DNA of 11,989 nucleotides from assembly GCA_964457525.1 (NCBI GenBank), contig CAYWGS010000044.1, positions 1 to 11,989 on the forward strand. Direction: 5' to 3'. A program made the position numbers and the translations under genes. Shown here piece after piece: positions 8,232 to 11,989 of the stretch (position 1 is its first letter; each line of letters starts with the position of its first letter). The notes beneath the pieces were generated by a model, which worked only from the letters and a program-made list of their open reading frames with translations, made no database searches and had not been told where the DNA came from. This DNA comes from an uncultured Erysipelotrichaceae bacterium (GTDB lineage Bacteria; Bacillota_I; Bacilli_A; Erysipelotrichales; Erysipelotrichaceae).

Positions 8232-9551
8232 ATGAGTAAGTTTCAAGTTCCAAGAGGAACACAAGATGTCTTTGGAAAAGAAGTTAGACAATGGCATAAG
8301 ATTGAAGCATTGATTAAAGAAATGATGAATGTTTATGGATTTGATGAAATTCGTACACCTGAGTTTGAACATACTGAGGTATTTGCGAGAGGCAACGATT
8401 CCAGTGATGTCATCAATAAAGAGATGTATACATTTAAAGATCGTGGCGATCGTTCATTAAGTCTTAAACCGGAAGGAACTGCTGGATTGATTCGTGCTTT
8501 TGTTGAGAACAAACTCTTTACTCAACCGGATATGCCTTTTAAGTACTACTATGTTAGCCCATGTTTTAGATATGAACGTCCTCAAAAAGGTCGCATGCGT
8601 ATCCACCATCAATTTGGAGTTGAAGTATTAGGTGATAAGACACCTTATATTGATGCGGAAGTAATCGGTATGGGTTTAACTTTTGTTCGTACCTTAGGTT
8701 TAAATGATCTTAAAGTATTAGTTAATACTTTAGGAGATAACGAAAGTAGAGCCGCTTATAAAACAGCATTGAAAGAACACTTTAGTTCACATTTACCAGA
8801 TTTATGTGAAGATTGTCAAAGACGTTATGAACAAAATCCTTTACGAATTCTTGATTGTAAAGTTGATGCGAATCATCCATCACTCCTAGAAGCACCTAAG
8901 TTAAGAGATTATCTTAATGATGAATCAAGAGAGTATTTTGAGAAACTTATTCAAATATTAGAAGATTCAGGTGTTGAAGTTGAAATTTCAGATCGTTTGG
9001 TTAGAGGGCTCGATTACTATACACATACTGTGTTTGAAGTTGTAAGTGTCAATAAAGACATGGGTTCTCAAGCGACTGTATTTGGTGGTGGTCGTTACGA
9101 CTCACTCGTATCTGATTTTGGGGGGCCTGAGCTCAGTGGTATTGGTTTTGGAATGGGGATTGAACGATTACTTGTCGCATTAAATGCGGAAGGAATTGAT
9201 TTAGCCGATGAAAAAGAACTTGATGTATTCTGTGTAACATTGGATGATGAAGCACTTGATTATGCGTATCACTTGAGTAATTTCCTACGTCTAAATGGGT
9301 ATAAAGCAGAATATGATTACTATCGTAAATCGTTTAAATCACAGTTTAAGAGTGTAGAAAGAAAGAATGCAAAGATTGTTATTTTACTCGGTAAAGATGA
9401 AATGAGTAAGGGTCAAGTTGTTCTTAAATTAATAAAAACACAGGAACAAGTTACCGTATCAGAAAATGAAATCTTGCATCAATTAGATCATTGGTTAAAT
9501 GAAGATCATGTATGTGATCATGATCATCATCATGGAGGAGAACATGAATAG
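8232..9551 (+). CDS. hisS: Histidine--tRNA ligase (HisRS), 439 aa, with a His-rich C-terminal extension
   Basis: SD GGAGG lies 6 nt upstream. Class-II HisRS motifs are present: N-terminal PRGTQD, FRYERPQKGRMR (motif 2 region), GGGRYD, and GFGMGIERL (motif 3). The C-terminal tail NEDHVCDHDHHHGGEHE is not part of the usual HisRS fold. Confidence 0.93.
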   Translation: MSKFQVPRGTQDVFGKEVRQWHKIEALIKEMMNVYGFDEIRTPEFEHTEVFARGNDSSDVINKEMYTFKDRGDRSLSLKPEGTAGLIRAFVENKLFTQPDMPFKYYYVSPCFRYERPQKGRMRIHHQFGVEVLGDKTPYIDAEVIGMGLTFVRTLGLNDLKVLVNTLGDNESRAAYKTALKEHFSSHLPDLCEDCQRRYEQNPLRILDCKVDANHPSLLEAPKLRDYLNDESREYFEKLIQILEDSGVEVEISDRLVRGLDYYTHTVFEVVSVNKDMGSQATVFGGGRYDSLVSDFGGPELSGIGFGMGIERLLVALNAEGIDLADEKELDVFCVTLDDEALDYAYHLSNFLRLNGYKAEYDYYRKSFKSQFKSVERKNAKIVILLGKDEMSKGQVVLKLIKTQEQVTVSENEILHQLDHWLNEDHVCDHDHHHGGEHE

Positions 9552-11289
9552 AACACATAATTGTGGTGAGTTAACACCAAAGAATTTAGGAGAAATTGTT
9601 ACACTCGTTGGATGGGTTAGTAAACGTCGTAATTTTGGTTCGATTGTTTTTATCGATCTTAGAGATCGCGAAGGGATTACACAATGTGTTTTCGATGAAT
9701 CCTTAAGTGAAAGTATTAAGGATGTACGTAACGAATATATTCTTGAAATCAAAGGTGAAGTTATCTTAAGAAAAGATGCCAACCCAAAGATTAGTACAGG
9801 TGAAATCGAAATTAAGGTTGTTTCATTTAACATTATAAATCAAGCTGAATTAACGCCTATGATTATTCAAGATGAAACGGATGCGCTTGAAGATACACGT
9901 CTAAAATATCGTTATTTAGATTTACGTAGACCCGTTATGCAAAAGAAGTTGATTCAACGTGCGAAGATTGTTCGTACGATGCGTAATTTTTTAGATGACA
10001 ATGGTTTCATTGATGTAGAAACTCCAATGTTAACGAAGTCAACTCCAGAAGGATCTCGTGAATACTTAGTTCCATCACGTGTTCATGAGGGTGAGTTTTA
10101 TGCATTAGCTCAATCTCCACAGATCTTTAAGCAATTATTAATGGTTTCTGGTTTAGAACGTTATTATCAAATAGCACGTTGTTTTAGAGATGAAGACTTA
10201 AGAGCAGACCGTCAACTTGACTTTACTCAAGTCGATATTGAAACTTCCTTCTTAGATGAGAATGAATTTCATGAGATTATTGAAGCAATGACGAAGGATG
10301 TTATGAAGAAAGTCTTAGGATTGGATGTAAAGACACCATTCTTAAAGTTAAGTTATAATGATGCGATGAATTTTTATGGAAGTGATAAACCAGATAATCG
10401 TTTCGGACTCAAATTAAATGAAATGATGACAGTATTTGCGAATTCAGAGTTCCAAGTCTTTAAGTCTGCACTTGAGAATAAAGATGGTTCAATAAAGGCG
10501 ATTGTATTAGAAAATGGTGCAAGTTTTACACGTAAAGAAACTGATGCATTAACGGATGTTGCAAAGAAGAATGGAGCTAAAGGTTTAGTCGTACTTAAGT
10601 ATGTCAATAATCAATTAGAAGGTCCTGCAGCGAAGTTCTTATCTGAACAAGAAATTAATGACTGTGTTAAGATTCTTAACTTGAAAGAAAATGATTTAAT
10701 TCTTATGACAGCTGACAAATGGGAGAAGGCCGCAAATGCTTTAGGTGCAGTTCGCTTAGCTTTACGTGATAAGTTAAATCTAACAAGTAAATCTGATTTC
10801 TCATATCTATGGGTTGTCGATTTCCCAATGTTTGAGTATGATGATGAAAGTCAAAAATACGTTGCGAAACATCATCCATTTACGCGTCCAAAAACAACTG
10901 ATATTGAGTATTTAAAATCAAATCCAGATAAAATAATGGCTCATGCCTATGATTTAGTTTTAAATGGGTATGAAATTGCTGGGGGTTCATTAAGAATTTA
11001 TGATCAAGCTATGCAAAAAGCAATGTTTGAAATGATTGGATTTACAGATGAGCAAATCAATGAACGTTTTGGTTTCTTCGTAGATGCATTTAAATATGGT
11101 ACACCTCCACATGGTGGTATTGCATTTGGTTTAGATCGCTTTGCGATGGTTCTTACTGAATCTGATTCACTACGTGATGTCATTGCATTCCCTAAGAATG
11201 CTTCTGCTCGATGCCCATTGACCAATGCACCAAGTCAAGTAGATGAAAAACAATTAAATGAATTACATATTTTGATTGATAAGAAGTAA
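9544..11289 (+). CDS. aspS: Aspartate--tRNA ligase (bacterial type), 581 aa
   Basis: I place the start at ATG 9544, not the ORF-track 9499. GGAGGAG (9534-9540) precedes it, and the conserved AspRS N-terminus begins MNRTHNCGEL. Motifs include FRDEDLRADRQLDFTQVDIE (motif 2), GSLRIY, and PPHGGIAFGLDR (motif 3). It overlaps the hisS stop by 8 nt (ATGAATAG). Confidence 0.92.
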   Translation: MNRTHNCGELTPKNLGEIVTLVGWVSKRRNFGSIVFIDLRDREGITQCVFDESLSESIKDVRNEYILEIKGEVILRKDANPKISTGEIEIKVVSFNIINQAELTPMIIQDETDALEDTRLKYRYLDLRRPVMQKKLIQRAKIVRTMRNFLDDNGFIDVETPMLTKSTPEGSREYLVPSRVHEGEFYALAQSPQIFKQLLMVSGLERYYQIARCFRDEDLRADRQLDFTQVDIETSFLDENEFHEIIEAMTKDVMKKVLGLDVKTPFLKLSYNDAMNFYGSDKPDNRFGLKLNEMMTVFANSEFQVFKSALENKDGSIKAIVLENGASFTRKETDALTDVAKKNGAKGLVVLKYVNNQLEGPAAKFLSEQEINDCVKILNLKENDLILMTADKWEKAANALGAVRLALRDKLNLTSKSDFSYLWVVDFPMFEYDDESQKYVAKHHPFTRPKTTDIEYLKSNPDKIMAHAYDLVLNGYEIAGGSLRIYDQAMQKAMFEMIGFTDEQINERFGFFVDAFKYGTPPHGGIAFGLDRFAMVLTESDSLRDVIAFPKNASARCPLTNAPSQVDEKQLNELHILIDKK

Positions 11290-11293
11290 AATA

Positions 11294-11302
11294 TGATATA
11301 AT
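11294..11302 (+). promoter_or_regulatory. Extended -10 promoter (TGaTATAAT) for the downstream structured RNA
   Basis: TG at 11294-11295 and TATAAT at 11297-11302 lie just after the aspS stop (11287-11289). Possible -35 elements sit inside the aspS 3' end: TTGATA 11276-11281 (15-nt spacer) or TTGATT 11272-11277 (19-nt spacer). The predicted TSS is near A11309. Confidence 0.5.
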
Positions 11303-11308
11303 TTAGAT

Positions 11309-11458
11309 ACCCAAAAGGACAACGTTATTTCCGACACTTCGATATAAGGGAAACGGAAGTTGCATATTTGTGTGAAGGCCTGGCATTGCTAGGAATCCTA
11401 AGAATATACACATGTTACCCACCTGACTCTCAGGGAATATATCACCTTTTGGGACATT
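11309..11458 (+). ncRNA. ssrS: Candidate 6S RNA (SsrS/BsrA-like); 3' end uncertain (processed near 11455, or terminated near 11488, giving ~180 nt)
   Basis: The 220-nt gap is non-coding and has rod-like long-range pairing. The closing helix is CCCAAAAGG 11310-11318 with CCTTTTGGG 11445-11453 (9 bp). A second helix is TATTTCC 11326-11332 with GGGAATA 11433-11439. A large unpaired central region is 11333-11361 opposite 11416-11432. Inner pairing is GTGT/ACAC (about 11370-11374 with 11409-11413). The apical hairpin is CCTGGC-ATT-GCTAGG (11379-11393). It has its own promoter and terminator. In B. subtilis the 6S-1 RNA gene lies directly downstream of aspS. Confidence 0.6.
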
Positions 11459-11463
11459 TATTA

Positions 11464-11488
11464 AACCCGTTTAATCGGGTTTTAATTT
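11464..11488 (+). terminator. Rho-independent terminator (ends the sRNA and/or the hisS-aspS transcript)
   Basis: AAACCCG (11464-11470) pairs with CGGGTTT (11476-11482) across the loop TTTAAT, followed by a T-rich tail TAATTT. The T-tail is only convincing on the + strand. Confidence 0.7.
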
Positions 11489-11510
11489 GTTAAAAAGACT
11501 TGGACAAGGT

Positions 11511-11989
11511 ATGAATAAAAACTTAATAAAGAGACTACATTCAAGATTAGGGTATTGGATTAAGTATGAAAGAAAAAGATTATTGGCACTAACTAATAAT
11601 CCTAATCTGAGGCAAGATAAGTTTATTTACATTGATAAAAGAGATGGATTAAATCATTTAGATCAAAACATTACAATTTGTTCACGATCTACTTTATCAA
11701 GAATTGAGAATGGACAAGTTGTTTATGACTCATCAATTGTTAATATATTTCTCAATCGATTCAATAAGAAGTTTCGAATTAATGAAGTGGACCAACATCT
11801 AATTGATTCTTGCATACAAGCATTTTACGTATATTTACTTCAAAATTCAAAAATCTCAACAAAGTATTTAAGTGTAATCTTAGAAGATACGAATTTTAAA
11901 GTAAAGGATAATTTTCTATGGAATGAAGATTACAAAGTTCTAATTAAAATTGTTAAACGGTATCAATCTTTTGATATATTGGATGAAGT
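11511..11989 (+). CDS. XRE-type HTH transcriptional regulator, probably Rgg/RNPP-like; 3'-truncated by the window edge (159 codons seen)
   Basis: Hand translation from ATG 11511 stays open to the window end: MNKNLIKRLHSRLGYWIKYERKRLLALTNNPNLRQDKFIYIDKRDGLNHLDQNITICSRSTLSRIENGQVVYDSSIVNIFLNRFNKKFRINEVDQHLIDSCIQAFYVYLLQ... The recognition-helix signature is SRSTLSRIENGQ, followed by IVNIFLNRFN...F as in Rgg/MutR-type HTH domains, then a helical non-HTH domain. An in-frame stop at 11472-11474 limits the N-terminus. The SD is weak (AAGG 1 nt from the ATG). Confidence 0.6.
   Translation, partial: MNKNLIKRLHSRLGYWIKYERKRLLALTNNPNLRQDKFIYIDKRDGLNHLDQNITICSRSTLSRIENGQVVYDSSIVNIFLNRFNKKFRINEVDQHLIDSCIQAFYVYLLQNSKISTKYLSVILEDTNFKVKDNFLWNEDYKVLIKIVKRYQSFDILDE

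Noticed and set aside
8136-8372. 78-aa minus-strand ORF spanning the hisS start
   Set aside because: It overlaps the T-box antiterminator/terminator and the hisS 5' end on the opposite strand. The region is fully explained by those features.
9504-9533. GATCATG / CAT triplet repetition as a phase-variable simple sequence repeat
   Set aside because: There are only three perfect consecutive CAT units. That is too short for slipped-strand switching, and any triplet slippage would stay in frame.
9499-9543. ORF-track start of aspS at 9499 (MKIMYVIMIIIMEEN...)
   Set aside because: This is the alternative-frame reading of the hisS His-rich tail (repeated ATCATG). It has no SD. The conserved AspRS N-terminus and the GGAGGAG SD point to ATG 9544.
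9495-9833. 112-aa minus-strand ORF
   Set aside because: It is antisense to the hisS/aspS junction and the aspS anticodon-binding domain, with no start signals.
10374-10607. 77-aa minus-strand ORF
   Set aside because: It is antisense within the aspS insertion domain and is spurious.
11004-11225. 73-aa minus-strand ORF
   Set aside because: It is antisense within the aspS motif-3 region and is spurious.
11360-11392. Tiny ORF TTG-CAT-ATT-TGT-GTG-AAG-GCC-TGG-CAT-TGC-TAG (10 codons) as a candidate pheromone for the adjacent regulator
   Set aside because: It has a non-ATG start, no SD, lies inside the paired core of the sRNA, and is far shorter than known Rgg/RNPP propeptides.
11290-11510. The structured region read as a riboswitch/leader of the downstream regulator, or as SRP RNA, tmRNA or tRNA
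   Set aside because: It has its own promoter and ends in a terminator with no alternative antiterminator pairing that I could find. There is no cloverleaf, no SRP domain-IV-like GGAAGCAGC motif and no tmRNA tag frame. The rod-with-bubble fold and aspS synteny fit 6S better.
1-11989. Search for CRISPR repeats, IS/transposon ends, integrase or phage genes, TA pairs, and defence-type cassettes
   Set aside because: None was seen. Every long ORF has a clear housekeeping assignment, intergenic gaps are short and explained by promoters, terminators, the T-box or the sRNA, and no direct or inverted repeats beyond terminator hairpins were noticed by eye.

Overview
This is an AT-rich Bacillota-type chromosome segment (roughly one-third G+C by eye, not computed). 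It uses the standard genetic code: TGA is a stop at 1272-1274 and Trp is TGG. All credible genes are co-oriented on the + strand, in this order: murD (3' two-thirds, cut by the window edge), a small ComN-like protein, fused secDF, recJ, apt, bifunctional rel, a T-box leader, hisS, aspS, a ~150-180 nt structured RNA that I interpret as 6S RNA, and the 5' part of an XRE-type HTH regulator. That last ORF runs off the window and is missing from the ORF track because it has no stop. The order secDF/recJ/apt/rel/hisS/aspS/small RNA is the conserved housekeeping block known from Bacillus subtilis. I see no mobile element, CRISPR array, toxin-antitoxin pair or defence-like cassette. I do not find support for a novel multi-gene system here. 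The points worth a second look are regulatory. (i) The hisS-aspS T-box has overlapping Asp (GAC) and His (CAC) codons at the specifier position, with geometry favouring GAC. (ii) HisRS carries an unusual His/Cys/Asp-rich C-terminal tail whose CAT codons sit directly on the aspS Shine-Dalgarno and start codon (8-nt gene overlap). (iii) The 6S-like RNA downstream of aspS is invisible to ORF-based annotation. (iv) recJ and rel start 18 and 14 nt after intrinsic terminators without Shine-Dalgarno sequences, and recJ is possibly leaderless. (v) The edge-truncated Rgg/RNPP-like regulator has an insertion inside its HTH.
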